A DNA stretch of 43,138 nt. It comes from a virus. Taxonomy: Duplodnaviria > Caudoviricetes. The stretch covers positions 1-43,138 of IMG/VR virus record IMGVR_UViG_3300044513_000416; one strand, given 5' to 3'. The translations under genes and the position numbers were made by a program. Position 1 is the stretch's first letter. Every line of letters begins with the position of its first letter. Below the pieces are notes generated by a model. It was not told where the DNA came from and ran no database searches. It saw only the letters and a program-made list of their open reading frames with translations. Positions 34,327 through 42,544 of the stretch are shown in pieces.

Positions 34327-34961
34327 CCACCTAGATGACCAATTTTTTCAACCAACGCTTGTTCATGTGTTTCGTCCCATAAATGATACAAGCACCATTG
34401 TTTAATATTTCGATAGGTTATAGGTCCAAATTTTGTTAGAGGAGTTATTCTAATATTTGGCTCTCTATAATGATATTTAATCCAAACATCATTTTTCTTT
34501 TCTGCCATACAGGCATAGTTTTTATAATTGTCGGGGCTATTGACTCTAAAAATTTTTTCTCTTAACAATTCGTTATAATCATTAAAAGTGTAAATAAATC
34601 CTTTATAGCCTAATTCTTCTGCCTGCTCTAAGGCATAATAAAATAAGTGATGCCCTATATCTTTACCCAGGCCTTTAACCTGAAGGTTTGTATAAAATCT
34701 ACTAACAGTGCAAATGTTCTCATCAAAGTCTGCTGGATAAAATCCCATTCCTGCCTGTAAGTCTTCAGTAATAAAATATTTTGCATTAGGAGTATCAAAA
34801 CGTTTTTCTATAAAAATTAGATATAGTAAAGTATGAGTTTTGTTTTCCCAATCTTCAATGTCTATATTATCAATAGCAAAGTTATTATCTCTTTTTTGAG
34901 CTAAACAAAATTGTTTTACTAAATCTATATCTGAATTGGAATCAATTTCTTTGTATGTCAT
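34323..34961 (-). CDS. GNAT-like acyltransferase
   Basis: SRFYT...QVKGLG (motif A-like), then AEELG and TFNDYN. Confidence 0.55.
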   Translation of the reverse strand: MTYKEIDSNSDIDLVKQFCLAQKRDNNFAIDNIDIEDWENKTHTLLYLIFIEKRFDTPNAKYFITEDLQAGMGFYPADFDENICTVSRFYTNLQVKGLGKDIGHHLFYYALEQAEELGYKGFIYTFNDYNELLREKIFRVNSPDNYKNYACMAEKKNDVWIKYHYREPNIRITPLTKFGPITYRNIKQWCLYHLWDETHEQALVEKIGHLGG

Positions 34962-35790
34962 AGTCTAATATTATACGCATCCTTTCTTCCTCAGTCAAAT
35001 TCGAGATGACCGATTCGTATTCAAACGCTTCTGCATCATATTCACCTTCATGGATTCCTTCCCAAAATATTTTTTCTTGTTCTGGAGTAAATGTTTTATC
35101 CACAAAATCTGATAATGTGCCTGCACCGTCGCTTCTATCATACAAGTAAATGTCTTTATCGTATACTATCTTGCCTTTTATGTTACCCTTAGAACACTCT
35201 AAGGCTAGGTTTACTTGCGCCTGAACATCATCTAGTCCCATTAACTTGTCGGAAAATTTAAACGCTCTAGCCCCGTGCTTAGACAGTCCTACAATCCTTT
35301 GAACAATAGTTTCAGTAGAGTAAGTTTGGCCTATCTTTCTCATGGTCGCAAAGAACGTTTTAAATTTATCTGAATCTGTAGCAAATTCCTTTCTTAATGT
35401 TTTAGGATATTTCCATTCCACCATTGAAATTAATTTACGTTGAGGTGTAAATACATCTGTTAAACAACCTACGTAATCGAAACCCTCTAAGTGTTTCTTA
35501 ATTCTTTCTATGCCACCCGGCATATAGTAGTCGTCCGAATCTATAAAAGTAAGATGTGTATAATTTGTTTTTAAAAAGTAATCGAGAACTGATTGTTTGC
35601 CTAAGCCGGGAGTGCCGTTAGAAAGTGTAATCGCAAATTGAGAAACATTTAACTTAGCATCTAATACTTCCTTAATATAATCTTTATTAAGAGTATTAAC
35701 AATTAAGACTACATCATCACCCACAGTTGTTAGGCAACGTTTAGTTTTTTCTAAGTCCTCTGAACTAAGAACGGCTGTTAATAATTTCAA
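34942..35790 (-). CDS. GT-A fold (GT2-like) glycosyltransferase
   Basis: SNGTPGLGKQ, FIDSDDY (DxD), GLDD (ED-like) and YLYDR. Confidence 0.8.
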   Translation of the reverse strand: MKLLTAVLSSEDLEKTKRCLTTVGDDVVLIVNTLNKDYIKEVLDAKLNVSQFAITLSNGTPGLGKQSVLDYFLKTNYTHLTFIDSDDYYMPGGIERIKKHLEGFDYVGCLTDVFTPQRKLISMVEWKYPKTLRKEFATDSDKFKTFFATMRKIGQTYSTETIVQRIVGLSKHGARAFKFSDKLMGLDDVQAQVNLALECSKGNIKGKIVYDKDIYLYDRSDGAGTLSDFVDKTFTPEQEKIFWEGIHEGEYDAEAFEYESVISNLTEEERMRIILDYDIQRN

Positions 35791-36382
35791 GATATTTCTC
35801 TCTTCGATTGTTTAAATTTTTGTGGTCAAATTTTGTTGTTTGCCATATGGCTTGGTCGTCTGTAAAAAACTTTTGTGCTTCCTCAGTAGTTAATGACCAC
35901 CCCTGACTTAACCTAAGCATACATCTAATGATTGCAATTTCCATATGAGTAGTAATGCCTGTAAACTTTATTATCTTATTGTCCACTACGTGTTCAAACA
36001 GTTCGTGCTTGTGAAGTTCTTTATTACTATCATATGCTGACATACAATCTACAAAATCTGTAATTGCCCACCAATCATGTGGATGTGAACATGGTTTCTT
36101 TGATAATGAAATTACTGCATCGCCCCATGTAAAAAACCAAAAGTTAGTATTCGACCACGAATCTGTTTCGTCGATAACAACTGAATCGGAAACATCTTTT
36201 TCGTTTCCAAAGACTTCTCGTAATGTGGGCAAAAGTTTTTCAGGTTCAGGTGAAAACATATCAAAGTCTAATGGTTTAACACCTAGATAGGAATCCTTAA
36301 GGGCACCACCTGATATAAAGAAATAAGGTTGGGGTCCTTGGGATAAGATTAGTGTTACTAAATTTTGAACGTAATGATACAT
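35765..36382 (-). CDS. Class II nucleotidyltransferase head domain (CCA/poly(A) polymerase-like)
   Basis: FISGGALKD...PLDFDMF and DF...C...AYD. Start moved to ATG 36382 because the TTG start lies at a hairpin. Confidence 0.7.
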   Translation of the reverse strand: MYHYVQNLVTLILSQGPQPYFFISGGALKDSYLGVKPLDFDMFSPEPEKLLPTLREVFGNEKDVSDSVVIDETDSWSNTNFWFFTWGDAVISLSKKPCSHPHDWWAITDFVDCMSAYDSNKELHKHELFEHVVDNKIIKFTGITTHMEIAIIRCMLRLSQGWSLTTEEAQKFFTDDQAIWQTTKFDHKNLNNRREKYLEIINSRS

Positions 36383-36390
36383 GATATAAT

Positions 36391-36409
36391 GGGGAGTTAG
36401 AAACTCCCC
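36391..36409 (-). terminator. Stem-loop, probable terminator/attenuator
   Basis: GGGGAGTT-TCT-AACTCCCC, 13 nt after the stop at 36423. Confidence 0.7.
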
Positions 36410-36422
36410 CAATTAAAGAAAT

Positions 36423-36740
36423 TTAATCTGTGATTATTTCTTTTGTTGCTGTAAGAGCAGAATCAGCTTCGATTAAAGCTGAAACATCTAGACCCGGTGT
36501 AATACCTAATTCTGTTGCCTTGTCTGCACAAGCGGTATTGAAAGCATCTAATTGTGCTTGGTCTTCAAAGATTAAAGTAACTGTTTGAGTTAATCCATCT
36601 TCAGAAAACTCTTCGGTGGCTTGAACCGAATTGTCTGATATCCATGTGCTTCTAAAAGTTGAAAAATCAGAATTACTGTAACTAGGAAAGGCTGTGCCTA
36701 ACTCTGTTCTGTTAATAATATATTTTTTAACTACTGACAT
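36423..36740 (-). CDS. Small acidic Ser/Thr/Ala-rich late protein (possible virion protein)
   Basis: SD AGGAG, TATAAATA at 36772-36779 and its own 3' hairpin. Confidence 0.75.
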   Translation of the reverse strand: MSVVKKYIINRTELGTAFPSYSNSDFSTFRSTWISDNSVQATEEFSEDGLTQTVTLIFEDQAQLDAFNTACADKATELGITPGLDVSALIEADSALTATKEIITD

Positions 36741-36755
36741 TTAAGTCTCCTAAAA

Positions 36756-37049
36756 TTAATTTTTGTTTCTATATTTATAATCATGGTGATATAGAGAAAT
36801 CATTCCATAATGTATTACTTTTAATAAATCGGCTCTGTTGTAACCATCTTTTTTACCATAACGTTGGGCATACTTCATTATGTTTCCAATTAAAAATCCA
36901 TCGCCATGCCCGGAGTCAATAATAAATTCTGTTGTCTGATATTTATTTTGACTATAATGCTGGGAGTATGTCCTATCAACATACTCCTTTATTTCTTTGA
37001 GGATTTCACCCTCATTATATTTATAATTAATATTGTTCTTCTTGAACAT
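36756..37049 (-). CDS. DUF3310/SaV-like (T7 gp1.7-related) protein
   Basis: HY...F.IGNIMKY..RYGKKDG...DLLK pattern. Confidence 0.75.
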   Translation of the reverse strand: MFKKNNINYKYNEGEILKEIKEYVDRTYSQHYSQNKYQTTEFIIDSGHGDGFLIGNIMKYAQRYGKKDGYNRADLLKVIHYGMISLYHHDYKYRNKN

Positions 37050-38166
37050 CACTTTCCTCAGTTAAATCTACTTTTGCATCTACTTTATTGTAGAGTTCAA
37101 TAAATGCTGACTTTGTGTCCTCATCAAATCTGTTTACACAAAGTTCAATAGCCTTTACTCTGTCATTAAACATGGCATACGCATTTACAATATGCTCTAG
37201 TCTACGTGTTGAGATTAACTCGTCAATTGCACCTTCATAAAATGTCTTACGAATTACTTCAGCCCATGTTACTAAGTTTTCTGCAAACTCAACATCTTCA
37301 ACATTTGCCTTTGCCATTTTATTTAGTATGATTTTCTTCTCATTTGCCGGTGTAGGGTATTCCTGTTCGACCGTTATTGCAAACCTTTCTAGGAATGCTT
37401 CGTCTAACATTTGTGCTGACATAAACTTGCCATCTTCTGAACCACGACCTTTTGTATTTGCGGTTGCTATAACATTGAAGCCATGTGCTGGATGCACAAC
37501 TTCGCCTGTCTTTTTATTAAAGTAAGGCTTGCCTTCTAGTATAGCCTGTAAGCACATCAACTTGTTAGAGCCTCTATCAATCTCATCTAATATTAAGATT
37601 GCGCCTCTTTTCATTGCTGTTAATACAGGACCTTCTCTATAAACAACGTTGCCATCAACAAGTGTATTGCCACCTATCAAATCATCTTCATCTGTTTCGA
37701 TGCTGATGTTAACTCTAAGTGCTTCTTTGCCTAACTTAGCACATGCTTGTTCGACCATTGTTGTTTTACCATTACCTGACAATCCAGAAATAAATGTAGG
37801 ATAAAACATTCCGGATTGGATAATTTTATTTAGGTCTTTAAAGAATCCAAATGGGACGAACGTGTCGTCTTTTGTTGGAATTAAATTATCTACTTCCACT
37901 TCTAGTTTTGCCTGTGTTACGACCTTTGGGTCTGACTCAATAGTTGCAATCGGTTGTTGAACTGGTTGCTCAACTTTACTAACAACATGGAGTGCTGGGT
38001 TAATAGAATATTGATTATAACCTACTTTGTTTTCTTTAAAAAACCAGTGTGGATATCTCAATCCGTTTTCCTCAATCACCTTAATGACATCTGCTCTTTG
38101 AACGCTGGCAACATTTGGAAATGTTTCTGCTAATGCGTTTAAAAATGTTTCTTTATCATAGTTCAT
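37027..38166 (-). CDS. MoxR-type AAA+ ATPase (phage 'CobS-like')
   Basis: GLSGNGKT, DLIGG, LDEID, TANTKG, AFLERF and ISTRR. Confidence 0.92.
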   Translation of the reverse strand: MNYDKETFLNALAETFPNVASVQRADVIKVIEENGLRYPHWFFKENKVGYNQYSINPALHVVSKVEQPVQQPIATIESDPKVVTQAKLEVEVDNLIPTKDDTFVPFGFFKDLNKIIQSGMFYPTFISGLSGNGKTTMVEQACAKLGKEALRVNISIETDEDDLIGGNTLVDGNVVYREGPVLTAMKRGAILILDEIDRGSNKLMCLQAILEGKPYFNKKTGEVVHPAHGFNVIATANTKGRGSEDGKFMSAQMLDEAFLERFAITVEQEYPTPANEKKIILNKMAKANVEDVEFAENLVTWAEVIRKTFYEGAIDELISTRRLEHIVNAYAMFNDRVKAIELCVNRFDEDTKSAFIELYNKVDAKVDLTEESDVQEEQY

Positions 38167-38204
38167 AATATATTTACCTCTCTTTTTTATTAACTATACC
38201 ACAT

Positions 38205-38233
38205 ATGATACAGTCAAATGCAAAAAATGTCAA
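38205..38233 (-). promoter_or_regulatory. sigma70-type promoter
   Basis: TTGACA-N17-TATCAT, with SD GAGG downstream. Confidence 0.85.
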
Positions 38234-38238
38234 GCATT

Positions 38239-40521
38239 TTATGCAACTTTTTCTATAAATCTATTTACAAAAACTCTTGTTTTGTTTTTGTTGCCTTGGA
38301 ACTTTTTAAATCCTCTTAACAAATCACCTTTCTTGTTGGACTTAACTTCTAATTCATCTTCACTAACTTGAATGTTCTTACCATTTTTAATTATGAACTT
38401 ACTATCATATTGTTCAAAGTCTGTTAATTCAACAAAACCATTTCTTAACCAGTCCTTTTTCCAAGCTACCTGAAATTCTTTTTCGCCTTTGCTCCAGCCA
38501 TACTTTTCAGTAAACTCTCTTTCAACATCATACTTACCAAACCTACCTATGTGAAAGTTGATAAGTCTAGAATCAGTTTCTTGTTTAAACCATTTCTTAA
38601 CTAACTCATATTGAATAGCTTTATCTCTAGTATAATATTTCTCACCCTTGTGAATAATAGTTTTACCTTTTTTCTGTATCGCAAATCCATTATAATTTCT
38701 GCTATCAAAATATTTATCTTTACCACATTCTACTCTTAATTCGCTTGTAGGACCTCCGTCGGTTAGCAGTATTGTGTTCATTACTTCGACCTTGTGTTGT
38801 TGTCTAAACTTTCTAACAAGTTCAGTAGCAATGACCATAGTCTCAACTAGGGGGGTTCCGCCTAGTCTAAATTGTGTAGGTAAGTCATAACCATTACAAC
38901 ATAACTCTGTAGCTTTAGGATTATATCTATGCTCATAATAACTATCGCGGTTGCTATATGATGCTCCTACCATTAATAATGTTTTGAACATCTCATTATA
39001 TTTTCCTTGATTTAAGTTTGAACTAAGTAAATGATTAATTTTTATATCATCTTCTCTAATCATTAATTGATTTAATTTTCTACCGCCCTGTGCCTCTTCC
39101 AAGAGTCTTAAATGTTTTTCATATGAAAATTCCTCGTCATCTCGGTATCTTCTGCTTTGGCCTGTAGTAAATGAATAAACATCAAATGGTATGCCTACTT
39201 TCTTACAAAATTGTGCTTGTATTAAAACTTGTTCTAAGGTCGCTGCTATATCATTTTGCATAGAACCTGAAAAGTCAATTATAAAAACCATACCATGATT
39301 TTTGCCTTTAGGAACAATTGTGTTTGAAAGAAATACATCTTCAGTTAATCTTGTAGCCCAAAGTTTATCAACATCTAACTCGCCTGTTTTAGAAGTTCTA
39401 GCTTTCTTTAATTGTGATGCCTGTCTTCTAAGTTCAAATTGTTGAACAAGTGCTGAAATATATGCCTTGTTTTTGTTTTCAAATCTTTTGAATAAAATTT
39501 GTTTTGCTTTTTCTATAGGAACAATATGTTCTGCCAACGACTCATCTATTCTTACGAACATATTAGAGCTCCATTTCATATCTAAAAGCTCATTAATTGA
39601 AGTTACAAAATAATCTAAATCTAATTTTGTTGGCATTGTTACATACTTCGGAGGAAGTGCGTCCTTATCAATAATTTTATCTTCATTATTTCTAAAGTTT
39701 TGGTCAGTAATTGAAACAGGCTCTTCCTCTCCGCCTTGCATACCACCACCAGATGTAGGATATGATTCGTCTTGTTCTTCCTGCTCTTCTTGTTCCTCAT
39801 CTGAATCTTGTGATTGCCCACTACCATTATCCTCTTCCTCGTCTTCGTCATCTTCAGGTATGCTAGTAAAGTAATCATCGAAGTCTGGATTTTCTTCTTC
39901 CTCTTCTTTGTCCTGTTCTTCAGGTTGTTTCATTGTTTGTTGAATTATTTTTTCTAAGGCTTCTTTTTCGCCTTCATCATTTGATGCTCTATCAAATAAA
40001 TCTTTACATACATCAACAACTTCGTCCCAAGTTTCTACAACATCAATTTTATTTAAGAATTCTTTTTCCTCATCTGTGAATTGAATAGCTAGCATTGAAC
40101 CTACTTTGTAATGTAGATTAATTCTATCGATTAGTGGGAGTGCATTAACATCTCTGTCTTTAACACCAAAGAAGTCTTTATCAAATAATTCCTGATAACC
40201 TTTATAAAAGTTTTTAACAATGCCTGGGAATTTGTTTTTGACCTTTCTTTCAATACGAGCATCTTCAACAACATTAAGATATGTCTTAAAGTTTTTGCCG
40301 TAATCTAGATTTGTATGCCAACCTTTTTCTGGAGTGAATAAAGCGTGACCAACTTCGTGACCTAGGAACATATCATATAGGTCATTTGACATTTCCTTCC
40401 AAACCGGAAGAACTATTGTTCTAGTGTCTAATTCAAAGTAAGCAGTTGCTGTTTTTCTGTGTTCAACCGTTACATTTTCTGATGCTAATAGTTTTGCTAA
40501 TGTGTTTTTATTTTGTTTCAT
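38239..40521 (-). CDS. Zincin-like metallopeptidase, acidic linker and vWA domain protein (MoxR partner)
   Basis: HEVGH plus NVVEDARIE, an acidic linker, and MIDAS DFSGS...GGTP...LTDG. Start moved to ATG 40521. Confidence 0.9.
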   Translation of the reverse strand: MKQNKNTLAKLLASENVTVEHRKTATAYFELDTRTIVLPVWKEMSNDLYDMFLGHEVGHALFTPEKGWHTNLDYGKNFKTYLNVVEDARIERKVKNKFPGIVKNFYKGYQELFDKDFFGVKDRDVNALPLIDRINLHYKVGSMLAIQFTDEEKEFLNKIDVVETWDEVVDVCKDLFDRASNDEGEKEALEKIIQQTMKQPEEQDKEEEEENPDFDDYFTSIPEDDEDEEEDNGSGQSQDSDEEQEEQEEQDESYPTSGGGMQGGEEEPVSITDQNFRNNEDKIIDKDALPPKYVTMPTKLDLDYFVTSINELLDMKWSSNMFVRIDESLAEHIVPIEKAKQILFKRFENKNKAYISALVQQFELRRQASQLKKARTSKTGELDVDKLWATRLTEDVFLSNTIVPKGKNHGMVFIIDFSGSMQNDIAATLEQVLIQAQFCKKVGIPFDVYSFTTGQSRRYRDDEEFSYEKHLRLLEEAQGGRKLNQLMIREDDIKINHLLSSNLNQGKYNEMFKTLLMVGASYSNRDSYYEHRYNPKATELCCNGYDLPTQFRLGGTPLVETMVIATELVRKFRQQHKVEVMNTILLTDGGPTSELRVECGKDKYFDSRNYNGFAIQKKGKTIIHKGEKYYTRDKAIQYELVKKWFKQETDSRLINFHIGRFGKYDVEREFTEKYGWSKGEKEFQVAWKKDWLRNGFVELTDFEQYDSKFIIKNGKNIQVSEDELEVKSNKKGDLLRGFKKFQGNKNKTRVFVNRFIEKVA

Positions 40522-40527
40522 GTGTAT

Positions 40528-40556
40528 ATGATACAAAGAAACTTAATAAATGTCAA
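40528..40556 (-). promoter_or_regulatory. sigma70-type promoter
   Basis: TTGACA-N17-TATCAT, 6 nt from ATG 40521. Confidence 0.85.
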
Positions 40557-40981
40557 GCACTTTCTGAAAAGAATTGCCTATTTTTTAGATGTTCCTCGGC
40601 TATCGCATCTTTACTTTGACCAAAGTATTCAACCGCATGATGTTTCATAACCATTTCTTTATTTACATTAACGTCTACTTCAAACTTAGGATGTCCTTCG
40701 TTTTCCTTTACAATAAATTCGCCTAGGATTCTTCCAAACTTTCCTTTACTATCTAATCTTGTTTTTAAAACTGCCCCTTCTGAAAGTCTATCCTTTAAAA
40801 AGTTCTTAGCCATAAGACCATACTTCTTTTCTTCTAAATCTCTTGTTCTACTTTCTGGAGTATCAATTCCGTAAAGTCTTACTCTTTGTTTTCTGAGCCA
40901 AACGCCAAACCCTAAGTCGATATCTACATCAACGGTATCGCCGTCAACTACCTTAACAATGTTTACTCTATACTCATACAT
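40553..40981 (-). CDS. Thermonuclease (SNase)-like protein
   Basis: VVDGDT, RVRLYGIDTPE and GKFGRILG. Confidence 0.92.
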   Translation of the reverse strand: MYEYRVNIVKVVDGDTVDVDIDLGFGVWLRKQRVRLYGIDTPESRTRDLEEKKYGLMAKNFLKDRLSEGAVLKTRLDSKGKFGRILGEFIVKENEGHPKFEVDVNVNKEMVMKHHAVEYFGQSKDAIAEEHLKNRQFFSESA

Positions 40982-41579
40982 TTTTCTTTTTTCTTGTCCT
41001 ACGTTTTGGTGCAGGTTTTGGTGCTTTTTCCTGCTCTTCTAATTCTTTTCTTTTATTAAGTCTTTTAATAACCTCATCAGACTCCATCCAGAAATCTTTA
41101 CCATCTATAAGTTTTTCTATTTCTACTTCTGTTAGAAAGTTTTTATAAACTTGATTAATTAATTTTGTTCCCCAATTTTTTTCTAGTAAAACTTGTGCCT
41201 GCATCTCATGTTGTTTACCAAATGATGCACTAGAAAAGGTATGAAACATAAATGCTGAATGGTCAGACACTTCACATTGGTCTCCACATAAAAATAACAT
41301 AGTAGCTGCCGATGCAACTAATCCTTCTGCTGATGTAATTACTCTTGCATTAGTTTCATTTAAGGCTCTCATAAATTGAACTGTGGTAAAAGCATTTCCG
41401 CCCCCACTATTCAAATGCAAATAGATAGCATCCATTTGTCCTGCCTGTCTCATAATTTGAAACCATTCTATATATTTGTCAGGAGTTTCAATTGGTCCTG
41501 ATATATAAAAATGATGTATTGTTGCTACGCCCTGTTCTACGTAACCTTGTCTAGGTTTAAAGTTAGATGAGTCGTTCAT
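40974..41579 (-). CDS. ClpP-like (S14) serine protease
   Basis: LNSGGG, ASAAT (Ser), FMFH (His) and KDFWM (Asp). Confidence 0.85.
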   Translation of the reverse strand: MNDSSNFKPRQGYVEQGVATIHHFYISGPIETPDKYIEWFQIMRQAGQMDAIYLHLNSGGGNAFTTVQFMRALNETNARVITSAEGLVASAATMLFLCGDQCEVSDHSAFMFHTFSSASFGKQHEMQAQVLLEKNWGTKLINQVYKNFLTEVEIEKLIDGKDFWMESDEVIKRLNKRKELEEQEKAPKPAPKRRTRKKKNV

Positions 41580-41919
41580 AATATCTTGTTACCGCCTTAA
41601 TTTTTTCAATCTGTTTATCAATAATGACCGTTCTATTTGGCCAATGTATCATTTCCTTTTCAGGGTCCTTTTTTAAATTAATTAAAAGCGGTAAAATCAA
41701 ATCTTCGACTTCCCTTAATTTTAAAGCTACATCTTGCTCTACTAAAGCTCGATGCTCATTAATTAAACCAGAATTATCTGCAGACAAAATTCTGTTTTCT
41801 AAATCATATAATTTTTCTAATATTTCTTTTGAACTACTATCATCAGTAACCTGTTGAACAGGTGCTCCTGCTGGTTCCTCATCAACAATAGTAAATCCAA
41901 AATCAAAATCCTCAGCCAT
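41563..41919 (-). CDS. Conserved hypothetical protein
   Basis: DFDFGFT...PLL.NL...P....IHWPNR pattern; overlaps both neighbours. Confidence 0.8.
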   Translation of the reverse strand: MAEDFDFGFTIVDEEPAGAPVQQVTDDSSSKEILEKLYDLENRILSADNSGLINEHRALVEQDVALKLREVEDLILPLLINLKKDPEKEMIHWPNRTVIIDKQIEKIKAVTRYYERLI

Positions 41920-42520
41920 TTGATTGCTCCTGGTGTTCCTGTTGTTCCTGTTGTGCCAGCATTTCTAAAACTTCTGGTGGGAGTTTAGTAACTTGCTCAA
42001 CAAGTCTTTTGTTTGCTTTTGCCTTTTTATTATATGCTTTTAGAGCTCTTTCCAATTTAAGTCTTGAAGCTCTCATTGTATAATTGTAACCCAGCATATG
42101 GTCATACTCATGCAATGCAACTCTAGCTGCTAAGTCTACATATTTTTCTATACATTCTTTGCCTTCAACATCTTGATATTTAAATGTTGCTTCTGCAGGC
42201 CTTGTGATGTTTAAAAATATGCCAGGTAAACTTAAACATCCTTCCTTTGCTACATTAGTTTCCTTAGAACAATCTATTAGTTCTGGATTAATAATGTATC
42301 TTTTTAATGCCTCTCCATCTCCCATAACAAATACTTTCATATCTAATCCAACTTGATTAGCAGAAAGTCCTATGCCTCCAAATTCTTTTTGTTTTTCAAA
42401 TAAGGCATCACAAATTTTTTGTGCGTCATACTTTTCAAAATCAAACTTTTTTGGTTTGGTTCTTAAAAGAGGTTCGTTGAAATCAATCAACTGAAGATTA
42501 TCTAAGTTTAAGTCTTCCAT
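41912..42520 (-). CDS. def: Peptide deformylase
   Basis: GIGLSANQ, EGCLS and HEYDH. Confidence 0.95.
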   Translation of the reverse strand: MEDLNLDNLQLIDFNEPLLRTKPKKFDFEKYDAQKICDALFEKQKEFGGIGLSANQVGLDMKVFVMGDGEALKRYIINPELIDCSKETNVAKEGCLSLPGIFLNITRPAEATFKYQDVEGKECIEKYVDLAARVALHEYDHMLGYNYTMRASRLKLERALKAYNKKAKANKRLVEQVTKLPPEVLEMLAQQEQQEHQEQSNG

Positions 42521-42524
42521 AATA

Positions 42525-42532
42525 TATTTATA
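42525..42532 (-). promoter_or_regulatory. T4 late promoter TATAAATA, 4 nt before the def ATG
   Basis: TATAAATA-TATT-ATG. Confidence 0.8.
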
Positions 42533-42544
42533 ACTTGAAATGCC

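Noticed and set aside
35765-36412. Full CCA-adding enzyme and TTG start at 36412
   Set aside because: Only the head domain is present and the tRNA already encodes CCA. The TTG start lies at the hairpin, so ATG 36382 is preferred.
37018-37025. TATAAATA at 37018 (also 6434)
   Set aside because: It coincides with Tyr-Lys-Tyr codons inside a CDS with no appropriately placed downstream start, so it is likely chance.
2633-39878. Nested minus-strand alternative-frame ORFs (2633..2914, 14810..14995, 39639..39878)
   Set aside because: They lie inside conserved genes and show no independent coding signals.
37027-40521. Cobalamin biosynthesis (cobS/cobT) auxiliary genes
   Set aside because: No cobN or other cob genes are present, and the partner has a HExxH peptidase domain. 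A generic MoxR-vWA pair explains it better.
1585-41857. All plus-strand ORFs in the track (e.g. 19264..20025, 5931..6323, 26638..26982)
   Set aside because: They are antisense shadows of well-supported minus-strand genes, with no motifs, SDs or promoters.
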